This document shows, piece by piece, positions 37,417-48,200 of a stretch of 57,327 bases of DNA. The notes under the pieces were generated by a model. The model saw only the letters and a program-made list of their open reading frames with translations, had not been told where the DNA came from and searched no databases. The position numbers were made by a program, and so were the translations under genes. Source of the stretch: Albugo candida (Eukaryota); assembly GCA_040437565.1 (NCBI GenBank), contig JBDOQK010000044.1:248001-305327 (forward strand), given 5' to 3'. How positions within the stretch are numbered: the stretch's first letter is position 1; the number at the start of each line of letters is the position of its first letter.

Positions 37417-40400
37417 ATGGATCGAGTACGTACTCCATCGCGTCGGCGAGCAGATTCCAACTATTTTGAATTGGATGCGGATCGTCGACGAACGAAATCG
37501 GATCGCGTGGAGTGTTTTAGCCAGCGTATTGAATCTCTCAACATCACTTCTATACACGCAAGTCAGAGTGTCGGTGATCTCGATAATGACGAGATATCCA
37601 TCGATTCTTGTTGCAACTTGTTACATGCGAAATTTGGTTTTCAGGAAGGATCGATCGCGAATCAGCGGGAGCACGTGTTGTTATTATTAGCCAATGCAAA
37701 AGCACGTACAAGCTTATCGGAGCCTGTGGACCACTATATTAACCAATTACATGCCAAGTTATTCTCCAACTATAAAGACTGGTGTCAATTTCTTACGACC
37801 AAAACAGCTCATTTCGAATATGATCGACAAAAAACACAAATTCGGCATCCTTTCCATATGGAAATAATGCTTTATTTTTTGATATGGGGTGAGGGAGCCA
37901 ATTTACGACACATGCCAGAATGCTTGTGTTATATATATCACAAAATGCTGCTTCTACTGAATGAAAGGATTGCATCGTCAATTACGCAAGAAGAGGGATG
38001 GTTTTTGAATGAAATTGTACGTCCAATATGGAAAGTATGCAGTAATATGCAACGTCGCAATACACTTGGAAAACCACTGGAACATGTCCAAGTTTGTAAT
38101 TATGATGATATCAATGAGTATTTCTGGAAATCGTACTGTTTACAAGTGGACGTAACCAAAGTTGGGTACGAAATGACGCAATCACACGGCAAAACATTTT
38201 ACGAGCATCGAAGTATATTTACATTTATGCTCAACTATTACCGTATTTTCCAATTCAATTTCATGTTTTTACTTGCGCTGATCGTATTGGCTTTCGCAGT
38301 CACAATATCACCCAATGGCGGTCACGATGGATTTACTCAGTTTGGTCGTATGGGAGACACCGTCTCACCATTCACATCTCAAGACCTTGGACTCGCTTTA
38401 CTATCGCTTCCATTTGGACTCGCTTTACTCTGTCTTTTCAAATGTCTATTGGAATTGGCTCATACCGCTCACATCGTTTGTTCTCACGAGCCATCTTCCT
38501 CTTCCTCTCGGTCGTTCACATATTTTACAGCGCTCTGGGTTCGAATACTATGGCATTCAGGCTTTAGTTTTCTGTTGGGACTGATGATTGTGATCCCTTT
38601 TCGTGACGCTTCCAATACGAAATTGCTCGATTATTCGATTATAGCAGTTTTGGTATATTTGGTTCCTGGAATCGCTCTCGTGTTTGTCAATGCATTTCAT
38701 CCTCAATTGATATATGCAACAGCTATGCGGAAATTCGTTCGTGAAGGTAACACGTGTTACGTGGGTCGACGAATGACACCTCCACTCTCTTATCGCGTTC
38801 AATACACTGCCTTTTGGCTCATTCTATGGACACTAAAAGCTATCGTATCGTACTTTATTCTCGTTCGACCACTTATGCTTCCGTCATTGGCAGTCTTTCA
38901 AATGAAACTCAACTATAAAGTATCGTTGGTCTCATTCAGTAATATCGGTGTCTTAGTCGCATATTGGGCACCGAGTGTCTTTATTTTCAATTACGACACA
39001 CAGATTTACTTTACAATTTTCCAAGCTCTTCTCGGTGCATTCCAAGGCTGGCGGATGAAAACGGGCGAAATTCGTGGAGAAAAAGAAATGAGCAAAGCTT
39101 TTCGATTAGCTCCACAATTATTCGATCAGAAAATTGTCACGGGATTAGCACGATCTACTGATGCGACTGCGAATGGAATGCAATCGACTGGAAAAGCAGG
39201 AACGGTGGCTGCGTATGAGAGCCAAATGATGCTCCGTTTTGTGGTTGTATGGAATGAAATCGTCAATTCATTTCGGGAAGGCGATTTGTTGGATGATAAA
39301 GAAGCAGCAATCTTACAATATGATATTCGAAGCAATGGCGAAGTCTTTGAGCCCGTGTTTCTATCTGCTGGGAAATTGTCAGAAGCATCCGTTTTAGCGA
39401 TTCGCGCCGGGAAAGAAGGGAAAGGCGAATCACAATTCCAAGTGAGTTTAGTTGAAAGTGATTGTTTATCGGCTATTCGAAGCTTTTTTACCGCCAGTTG
39501 GTATGTTCTCGAGACACTTTTCGGAAGTCAAGATGGCAATGTGCTCGATGGAATTCGAATGATTGAAGAGATTGCGTCCAACGGCGCATTTATGCGATCA
39601 TTTATGGTCACTGAGCTTGGACGACTTCGTGTGGCGGCTTTAGACGTCTTGGAAGATATCTTGGATCTTCCAGATCCCGACACACAATCAACTCACATTC
39701 CGGGCGCATACGTTCACAATATGGGCGTCATACGTAATTTTGTGAGTAAAATGGATGCGCTTTTGTCGAGTTTGGACGCATTTTGCACTGCACCCGAGCT
39801 ACAAGGCAAATTTCTCCACACGAAATTCTGCTCGAGTTCTTCGGGATACGTGATCGCAGCTCAAGGATTAGTGAATTTGTATCAGAGCGATGTCGCAATG
39901 GGTGCAGCCACACGTGCGTGTCTCCTCTTGTCACTCGATAAAGCTGAAGCAATGCCGCGATGTCTCGAAGCTCGTCGACGTTTGGGATTCTTTATGAAAT
40001 CTTTAGTTATGGAAATCCCACAATTGAGCTCTATCCGCGAAATGCGTTCATTCTCAGTCGTGACGCCTTTCTACGCGGAAACAGTTTTATTCTCGATACA
40101 AGATCTCAACAATCCGCTGGTGAATCATCCAATCTTTCAGAATGTCGAGGAAGGCGGGAAAAATCTGACAATTCTCAAATATTTGAACAAAATTCATCCG
40201 GAAGAATGGGAGAATTTTTTGGAAAGAATTGACGTTGGAAGTGCTGAAGAAGCACAACAGCATTTTCCACAGGAAATCCGGCTTTGGGCATCGTATCGTG
40301 GCCAAACATTAGCACGAACTGTCCAAGGAATGATGCTATACGAAGAAGCAATAAAGATCCTTCATTGGCTCGAAATCGGCTCTGGGCACGGTCGAACTGC

Positions 40401-43400
40401 AGAACAGAAGCAACAACAATTACAAGATATGGTACGGCTTAAATTCTCTTACGTATGCGCCTGTCAAGTGTACGGGAAGCATCGAGCGGAGAATCAAGCA
40501 CAAGCCGATGATATCGACTATCTTTTAAAGGAGTATCCAAACCTCCGAGTAGCATATGTCGACACTCTGACGGATTCGACTACCAGCAGTAAAGTGTATG
40601 ACAGCGTATTGATCAAAAGTCAAGGTCCTGAAATCGTCGAAGTGTATCGCTTTCAGCTTCCCGGGGATCCAATTATCGGTGAAGGAAAGCCTGAGAATCA
40701 AAACAATGCCGTTCACTTTACACGTGGAGAATTCGTGCAGACAATTGATATGAATCAGCAACACTACTTTGAAGAGTGTTTGAAAATGCCTCAGCTCCTT
40801 CGAACGGCAGAACTTCATCCTTGTAAATTACCAGTTTCTATCATTGGAATGCGTGAGCACATCTTTACAGGCAATGCTTCCTCATTAGCGAAATTCAAAA
40901 CCTGGCAAGAATTAGTATTTGTGACACTATCACAACGTGTTTTGGCGACTCCGCTTTTCGTCCGAATGCATTACGGGCATCCCGATATCTTTGACAAAGT
41001 GTTTGCATTGACACGAGGCGGTCTCTCAAAAGCGAGTAAGGGAATCAATCTCTCGGAAGACGTATTCGCAGGATTCAATGCGACCTTACGCGGCGGTGTT
41101 GTGACACATGTCGAGTTTATGCAATGTGGAAAAGGCCGCGATGTCGCGTTATCGCAAATCTCCATGTTTGAAGGGAAACTGGCCAACGGTGCAGGAGAGA
41201 CATCTTTAGCACGAGAGGCGCATCGAATGGGTCAATTTATGGATTTTTTTCGGCTCAATTCGATGTATTACTCACACACGGGCTTTTACTTTGCGACTTG
41301 GATGACAATTGTCACCACATTTGTGTACATGTACTCGAAAGTATATGTCGCGTTGGCCGGTGTGCAGGAACAAGTGATTCTCAAGATGAATAGTACGGAT
41401 ATTCTCACACGCAATGAGGTATTTGGATTCCCGCGTCGAGCGTATGAAGACAGCAACGATATCATCAACACGCAGTATTACATTCAGGCCGGTTTGTTTC
41501 TGTCTCTTCCTCTGGTTATGGTGTACTTTGGCGAAATGGGCATACGGCACGGGTTTCTCCGTTTGATTGAAATGATCATCACTGGTGGACCGTTCTTCTT
41601 CATCTTTCAAGTCGGCACAACAATGCACTATTTCGATAACAATCTCGTGCATGGAGAAGCGCAGTACAAAGCGACTGGAAGAGGGTTCAAAATCACTCGG
41701 GAATTGTATGTGTTGCTGTATAAAGCGTACTCTGCCAGCCACTTTCGACGGGCGTTTGAGCTTATTGGATTGTGTCTTATCTATTGGATTTTTGGCGACT
41801 TTCATATTTGTCAAACAGAATTTCTTGTGGAGAACTCATTTGCTGCCGATTTTTGTGAAACAGCGCAAGGCTTTGGGGTGCAGACATTTGCCATTTGGAC
41901 CATTGCGATCACATGGATCCTCGCTCCATTCCTCTTTAATACGGATGGACTCGATTTCGAGAAGACAAAAGCCGACGTAAGAGCGTGGGCAACGTGGATG
42001 TACGCGGAAGAAGATTTCTGTGATCAAGATGGGACCATGAATGGAGGCTGGATCGGATGGTGGAAGAATGATCTCAAATTGTTCCATAACTCGAGACCAA
42101 TTGCCCGCTTCACAGTCATTCTTCGTGAGAGTCGTCATTTCCTTCTTATGTGGTACATTATCACATTGCGATGGCAAATGATCGTTGTTGGGATTGTTGC
42201 CGGCTTTGTGTTGCTGACGCTAGTTTGTCTGAGACTTGCCAGTGTTGTCGGCGGCAGAATGAGAGAATGGAAACCACGCAATCGATTAGTGGCGTATTGT
42301 CTCACATTAACTATTGTGGTGATCAGCTGCGTGTTGTCAGTTTTATTTGGTTTCGACGCCGATGGAAAGGATGTCATGGCCTTGTTTTTCGGGTATATGG
42401 CGGGATTGTATGGGCTCAATGAGACAGCGAGGATGTACAGTTTCGCATCGACATCTATTGCGTTCAGTATCGCGTTCCAACAATTAGCATTTCTATTCGA
42501 TTTTCTATTCTGTTCCGCGATGATTATCCCTCTTTTCGTCATGTCGGGTGTTCCATTTCTCAATATCATTCAGACGCGGATGATGTACAACAAGGGATTC
42601 TCACAAGTCGTATCGGCTTCTTCGCAATATGCGTTCTCGTTGGCGGCGTTTATGGGCATTTTGGGCGGCGGAGGATGTGGATGGATTTTGTACGTTTTCT
42701 CAGTGTTGGAATCCTCGCCGGAATTCATCAGTTACGCGACGAATTTCGGGTTATTGGACGGGAAAGCCGGTGATGGGACATTTACATACGTCTTTTTCAT
42801 TGCGTGCATTGTTGCGTCTCTGGCGGGAGGTATATTGAATTTCTTTTGTGGACGTCGACTTGCGATCGTATGCGGTGGATTAGTGACTGTGATTGGAATG
42901 ATTTGTATCACTGCTGCAGCGTCACAAGGCGACGGGATGTTACTTACGGGTGTCGCGCTTATGGGCTCATCCATTGGTATCGTTCTGCCGACAATCGCTG
43001 TGTATGTGTATGAGATATCGACACGCGAAGTTCGGAGTAAATCGCTTCTGATTCTCGGGACAGGTTTCATATTGGGAACACTTGTGGGCACAATTTGTAT
43101 GTCTTCCAATCACGAAGTCGGATGGGTTTGGCAGATCTTTGTAGCGACAATTGCGTTGTCATTGGTGACGCCTTCAGTGTATCTGTTCCCTGAAAGCCCG
43201 TATTGGATTTACATGCGTCACGGGTTGGATGCTTGTGAGCGCTGTTTGATCATTCTCCGACGTAAGGAAGGCGTCACAGAAGAGCTCAAGAGCATCCGAG
43301 AAGAGACGCTGGTGGATGCACGAGGCAGTTTGATGTACAAATTGAGTTTGGGATTGACACTTGTACTTCTTTCCGGATTCTCTCACGGAGGTCTCACGGT

Positions 43401-44091
43401 GTATATGTCGCACGCTTTAGAGTCTGTGGCGAACACGTGGGATTTCTATGCGAATTGTATCGCGTTACAGCTGGTTGGGGCCATCATGTCGTTCTTTGTG
43501 ATCGACCGAACAAGTTTGCGTCGATTACTATTGGGCACACTATTTCCCATTGCGATATCTGTCGCCGTTTTGGGATTCTACGCTACCACTACAACGTGGT
43601 CCGATCGATCGGCTCTTATTCTATTGCAAGTGGTGGGGCTTGTGCTCTACTTTTTCATCGGACTTGGGACATCGACAGCGCTTTGGGTGTCGTGTATTGG
43701 CTTATTTCCCACCAAACAACGCGCTGGGGTCGCGATTGCATACTTTATGGTGTACTTTTCTGTCACTTTGGTCGCTGTGTATGTACGTTCAAATTACTCC
43801 AAAGGCCAGTGGATGGAGAGCATTTATTTGTTTGTAATGGCGGGAATGTGTCTGATTGCAATGGCTCTTCTTTTTGGGGCTGGTGACTTGAAAAATGGTC
43901 TTATTAGCACGAAACGAGAGATGGAATCCGAACAACTTCGACTTCGTAGAACGCGTTCGGGACGACCGAGTGGACGATCTGTTGGAGTTGCGCGAAGTCG
44001 TAATATTAGTCGATCGAGAAATCGATCGCAAGTCTCCAAAAGCGGATATCAGTTGTATGAGTCACCGGCTGCTTCGGCAGCTCCAATTTGA
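37417..44091 (+). CDS. Beta-1,3-glucan (callose) synthase, GT48/FKS family, with a C-terminal MFS sugar-porter-like domain
   Basis: FKS1 domain (FGFQEGSIANQREH, YFLIWGEGANLRHMPE, NYDDINEYFW). Catalytic region: RLWASYRGQTLARTV, GEGKPENQN, QTIDMNQ, HYGHPD, LSEDVFAG, QCGKGRD, YKATGRGF. From ~42630 many TM helices with GRR, YEIS...R, PESP, DRxxxRR and LFPT..R. One uninterrupted 2224-aa ORF. Confidence 0.96.
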   Translation: MDRVRTPSRRRADSNYFELDADRRRTKSDRVECFSQRIESLNITSIHASQSVGDLDNDEISIDSCCNLLHAKFGFQEGSIANQREHVLLLLANAKARTSLSEPVDHYINQLHAKLFSNYKDWCQFLTTKTAHFEYDRQKTQIRHPFHMEIMLYFLIWGEGANLRHMPECLCYIYHKMLLLLNERIASSITQEEGWFLNEIVRPIWKVCSNMQRRNTLGKPLEHVQVCNYDDINEYFWKSYCLQVDVTKVGYEMTQSHGKTFYEHRSIFTFMLNYYRIFQFNFMFLLALIVLAFAVTISPNGGHDGFTQFGRMGDTVSPFTSQDLGLALLSLPFGLALLCLFKCLLELAHTAHIVCSHEPSSSSSRSFTYFTALWVRILWHSGFSFLLGLMIVIPFRDASNTKLLDYSIIAVLVYLVPGIALVFVNAFHPQLIYATAMRKFVREGNTCYVGRRMTPPLSYRVQYTAFWLILWTLKAIVSYFILVRPLMLPSLAVFQMKLNYKVSLVSFSNIGVLVAYWAPSVFIFNYDTQIYFTIFQALLGAFQGWRMKTGEIRGEKEMSKAFRLAPQLFDQKIVTGLARSTDATANGMQSTGKAGTVAAYESQMMLRFVVVWNEIVNSFREGDLLDDKEAAILQYDIRSNGEVFEPVFLSAGKLSEASVLAIRAGKEGKGESQFQVSLVESDCLSAIRSFFTASWYVLETLFGSQDGNVLDGIRMIEEIASNGAFMRSFMVTELGRLRVAALDVLEDILDLPDPDTQSTHIPGAYVHNMGVIRNFVSKMDALLSSLDAFCTAPELQGKFLHTKFCSSSSGYVIAAQGLVNLYQSDVAMGAATRACLLLSLDKAEAMPRCLEARRRLGFFMKSLVMEIPQLSSIREMRSFSVVTPFYAETVLFSIQDLNNPLVNHPIFQNVEEGGKNLTILKYLNKIHPEEWENFLERIDVGSAEEAQQHFPQEIRLWASYRGQTLARTVQGMMLYEEAIKILHWLEIGSGHGRTAEQKQQQLQDMVRLKFSYVCACQVYGKHRAENQAQADDIDYLLKEYPNLRVAYVDTLTDSTTSSKVYDSVLIKSQGPEIVEVYRFQLPGDPIIGEGKPENQNNAVHFTRGEFVQTIDMNQQHYFEECLKMPQLLRTAELHPCKLPVSIIGMREHIFTGNASSLAKFKTWQELVFVTLSQRVLATPLFVRMHYGHPDIFDKVFALTRGGLSKASKGINLSEDVFAGFNATLRGGVVTHVEFMQCGKGRDVALSQISMFEGKLANGAGETSLAREAHRMGQFMDFFRLNSMYYSHTGFYFATWMTIVTTFVYMYSKVYVALAGVQEQVILKMNSTDILTRNEVFGFPRRAYEDSNDIINTQYYIQAGLFLSLPLVMVYFGEMGIRHGFLRLIEMIITGGPFFFIFQVGTTMHYFDNNLVHGEAQYKATGRGFKITRELYVLLYKAYSASHFRRAFELIGLCLIYWIFGDFHICQTEFLVENSFAADFCETAQGFGVQTFAIWTIAITWILAPFLFNTDGLDFEKTKADVRAWATWMYAEEDFCDQDGTMNGGWIGWWKNDLKLFHNSRPIARFTVILRESRHFLLMWYIITLRWQMIVVGIVAGFVLLTLVCLRLASVVGGRMREWKPRNRLVAYCLTLTIVVISCVLSVLFGFDADGKDVMALFFGYMAGLYGLNETARMYSFASTSIAFSIAFQQLAFLFDFLFCSAMIIPLFVMSGVPFLNIIQTRMMYNKGFSQVVSASSQYAFSLAAFMGILGGGGCGWILYVFSVLESSPEFISYATNFGLLDGKAGDGTFTYVFFIACIVASLAGGILNFFCGRRLAIVCGGLVTVIGMICITAAASQGDGMLLTGVALMGSSIGIVLPTIAVYVYEISTREVRSKSLLILGTGFILGTLVGTICMSSNHEVGWVWQIFVATIALSLVTPSVYLFPESPYWIYMRHGLDACERCLIILRRKEGVTEELKSIREETLVDARGSLMYKLSLGLTLVLLSGFSHGGLTVYMSHALESVANTWDFYANCIALQLVGAIMSFFVIDRTSLRRLLLGTLFPIAISVAVLGFYATTTTWSDRSALILLQVVGLVLYFFIGLGTSTALWVSCIGLFPTKQRAGVAIAYFMVYFSVTLVAVYVRSNYSKGQWMESIYLFVMAGMCLIAMALLFGAGDLKNGLISTKREMESEQLRLRRTRSGRPSGRSVGVARSRNISRSRNRSQVSKSGYQLYESPAASAAPI

Positions 44092-47000
44092 GTGTAGCGA
44101 ATAGGACGAAATTTGTATTGCGTGAATTTATGGTATCGATTGAATACACCGTTTTTTGTATTCTGTTTTTGTGAGAATTGGATGTTGTTGTCAGTATCCA
44201 TCGGATGATACAGAAGGCTCAAAAGTTGTTGAAAAGATCAGTTTGTGCGGTTTTGAATCAGCGAACACTGTAAGAACACTCTGAATTGTTAAATGCTGCA
44301 GAGAGCATTGGGATCGAGACATAGGACCACAAAGAGAACATCCACAAATAACGGGTTTCCAGTTGTTGAAGTGAGGTGTTCATCAGCCTTTGATGTTAAA
44401 TTCTGATGAACACGCTCTCCTTTGATGAAGCAAATCGGCACTGCGTTTCAATCAAACAGCGCTGCCGTCCGATCTTTTATGACGCATTCGTTCTAAAGGG
44501 GGAAGTGATACATGTAAGAGGCTTTCTATTTGTATATCGCAATGCTCAACCCAGCATGGGCTCTGATCAATGCGTTAGAATTGTTCTGTATGGCTGCCGT
44601 TTGTTTTGTGATACGTAGAGAAGCTTCGTTACGTTTGCCACAGTGCGAATTTTCTTTGCTTTAATGTGCGAGCCGTCCTTTCCTATTGCAGCAAGAATCT
44701 AGCAAGCTATATCGGAAAGGATGAGAGCAAAGGGACCCCACATCATAGTAAGTCTACCAGACTGGTGCAGGAGCTGCGTCTGCTTGGTCTATTTGGCTCG
44801 AGGAAAATACTGAATCATATACGCGTTCGTAGTCGAGCGTATGAATCGAAGGCAATTCAATGGCGTCTTTGGGCTTCGCTTAGCAATCGAATCAAAAGAC
44901 AGCAGATGGATATCGCAAACATGCTCACGAATTGTTGCATTGATACTAAAGCAGTCGCAAGTGGTCAGTCGGGTGCAGCATATGATTGCGTCTTTTTTCA
45001 CAATATACGCAATTGTGTCGCTGGAGCGTCGTTGGATGAGCTCCTGAAAAAGTTTCCAATGATTATATTCTTTATACTTTACAAATTTGAGCTTAGATGA
45101 ATGGTCAAGAGAGCGGAAGAGAATTCTTTTTCCAGCCAGCTGTGATAGTCAGATCGATGCAACATCGATATGTACCCAAAAGTTGAAATGACGGCTTGAA
45201 TCAATCTATTTCTTGGACCCTCCTTTTGTCAATGACCAGCGATAGACTTGCAGAAATCAACAAATTGAAAAGTATACACACCATCAAAGCACAAGAAATT
45301 TTACGAATGTCAAAATTGTCGCTACTTCTTCATCAGTGTACGCGTCCATATCTCAGATTATAAGAGGGGTCCTAAAAGGTTGCGTCGAAAATTAACAAGG
45401 TATTTATCGATTTTCTTTATCTGGGCAGAGGGAGGCAAGCAAGCTATTTCACTTGAAACTTTGGCAGCATAAATGCAGCCCATAAATGATGTTTACACCG
45501 AGGGATGAAGCGTGTTGAGTAATGAGATGATACCAGTGGGTCACATTTTATCAGCTAATGCATACAAGTAAATCCTTGAGAGATACAAGAACACAGCAGC
45601 GCACATCACTATATATGTCATCATCAATGCCTATCCGTTGGATGGACTCCAGCTCAGTACAAAAGACCCTGTACCCATACACAAAATGAATACAGCATAA
45701 AGTCATTTGCGGTGCTAGTGGAGCTCTAGAGACTTCTAATAGTATTAATTGTATCCTGGCACGAAACCTTAATACTTCAAGAGAACGAACAATCAATGTG
45801 ATAACGGATTTCCTTCACTTTAATGAGACTACGGCAACAGTACCGGACGTGCTTTGCTCTGTGTCAACAGATCGACACTCATTGCATTATATCGAACTAC
45901 TTCGTCTGTATTCCTCATGAGTAGAATAGCCTTACTCATACGGGACATCTTTCTCAAGTGCTTGCGTCGAGCCAATCGTTCTCTCTGATAGCGACTCCAA
46001 CTCAAGCACCCAACTGAATTCTACGATTCCTTCTCATTAGTACATGGTATGTTCGGCTATAACCATACCTATTTGCTGATACTCTGTCTGGATCGAGAAG
46101 TAACGGCTACCGCGAGTCATCTTCGTTCTTGGAATTTGTGGCAGTGTGTCCCTGTATTTATTTTTCACGTTTTGACGATTCGACCTCAATAACTTTTGCT
46201 TTCAGTAGTAGTCATCATAGCTACATGTGACCAAAGCTTATTCAACCACCTGTCACTGACCCAATGTCGTCCTAATTTGTCGTGACTTACTTTGCGTGGA
46301 ATGGTTCCGACGTTAAATATTTTTGATGAAACAAGCGTTTGTATGGAATCGTTTGCTCACGGACGTATATATTGCAGTAAATGCTTACTATGTTGTGTAT
46401 CATTTTGTTTCTGATGCTTGTTGCACATGATCATATGCTATCGAGGCCATCCTTGCTGCTTATTCCGAAAGAAATGCGAGTGAGACACGAAGATGATAGT
46501 AAAAGATCCGTAGTAGCATTACACAACTAGATTGCATGCCTACAAGATTGAATGACTGAGAGAGCTGTTATCATGATATATTGTCCATATTGTGTCATTT
46601 AAGGACGACAGAATGGCACCATATACATGAAAAGCAGGGTTTACTGATGATCATTTTGACTTAATAGTATGCAATCAATAAGATAATAAGTGAATTGCGA
46701 CTCGGTCTGACCTTCGAAGTCATGGCATCTGACTGCTTCTGTTGATACGAAAATGAAAAAATCGAGACCTTGATTAGGACAACGAGATTCGATATGAAGC
46801 ATCAAGTTCTAAACGATAATTAGGTGAACAGAAAAGCTTACAATGGCACACTCGATGATACCAAAGTGCTTAAAACAAGCAGACTGTATCCATTGACCAG
46901 GGCATGCTAGCCGACTGGATATATATCGTGGCCAAATACGAATAGAAGCATAGGAATGGACGAGTTCACTTGCATTGCTTTCATCAATGTCCAACGGTAC

Positions 47001-47738
47001 AATTGGAGCTAGCCCTTGTTCTTGCGTGTGACAGATACCTCACTCAAAGGATTCTGAGATTAGATGCAGGCTCGAGATACGAGGTGCGCCAAAATACTGA
47101 AAGAAAATTGCGGCCGCTTTATGATTATTTTTTGTATCCCTTTGCATAGCTGCTGATGTGAAATGGAACCCACATATCCATCCTCCACACCAAATATCTC
47201 GAGGATTGACAGCACTCTTTCGCGCAAAGTTCTCTCGCTTATTTGATTAGTATGAACGTTGGATAGAACTTAATCAGGAAGGTGTATCAGTACGGACACT
47301 TGCAGCAACAAGCGGTAGTCTTCTACCGGCATACCTCACAAACAAATGTGACCCTTTTCTTGCCACTAGAACATGGACTGATGGCTGCAGAAAGAGCATT
47401 AAAATCAATATCTAGATAAACATCCATACACGTATGTTATTCATCAAAATTTTACTTCTCGATTTCATCGGGAAAATGTGGCACTGATTAGCTTCATCTA
47501 CTTTGCATCATAGACCATAGAAACTAATTCATATTGGTGCCAGCTTGACAATGCTGTCAATGCTTGCAAACGCGAAGCCAGTGCGTTGACTTGTATCGTA
47601 TTTCCACCCCGCGAATTCATCGCATCCACTTCATGACGCTGTATCGAATGGTCGTGTTATGTGCAAAAGCCAAAAATCTTGAATTTTGCTTCTTTCGTAT
47701 TTCATATTTCTTACTGAAATTTCCTAATCACTTATTAT

Positions 47739-48200
47739 GATGCACTGATAAGTAAGTACTTGTTTTTTTTCTCATTTACAATTCACAGGTAAAGGAGACG
47801 TAACGGTGGATGTGGAGGGCGGGATTTTAGAGAAAAAGAATCAATTTGAGAGCGAACCTGCCTGGGCGTGGACGACTAAGCAGGTGAAATCATTAAGGAG
47901 CTTCAAATCTCTCATCATTNNNNNNNNNNNNNNNNNNNNNNNNNNNNNNNNNNNNNNNNNNNNNNNNNNNNNNNNNNNNNNNNNNNNNNNNNNNNNNNNN
48001 NNNNNNNNNNNNNNNNNNNGATGCACTGATAAGTAAGTACTTGTTTTTTTTCTCATTTACAATTCACAGGTAAAGGAGACGTAACAGTGGATGTGGAGGG
48101 CGGGATTTTAGAGAAAAAGAATCAATTTGAGAGCGAACCTGCCTGGGCGTGGACGACTAAGCAGGTGAAATCATTAAGGAGCTTCAAATCTCTCATCATT
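47739..48200. repeat. 181-bp duplication flanking an N gap (47739-47919 vs 48020-48200); probable unmerged overlap
   Basis: Identical except G47805 vs A48086. Confidence 0.9.

Noticed and set aside
37466-44104. Many 60-180 aa ORFs overlapping the glucan synthase on other frames and strands
   Set aside because: Shadow ORFs of a long coding sequence; no motifs.
46360-46415. Plus-strand YCSKCLLCC resembling a Cys module
   Set aside because: Very short frame bounded by stops, with no collinear supporting blocks; could be chance.
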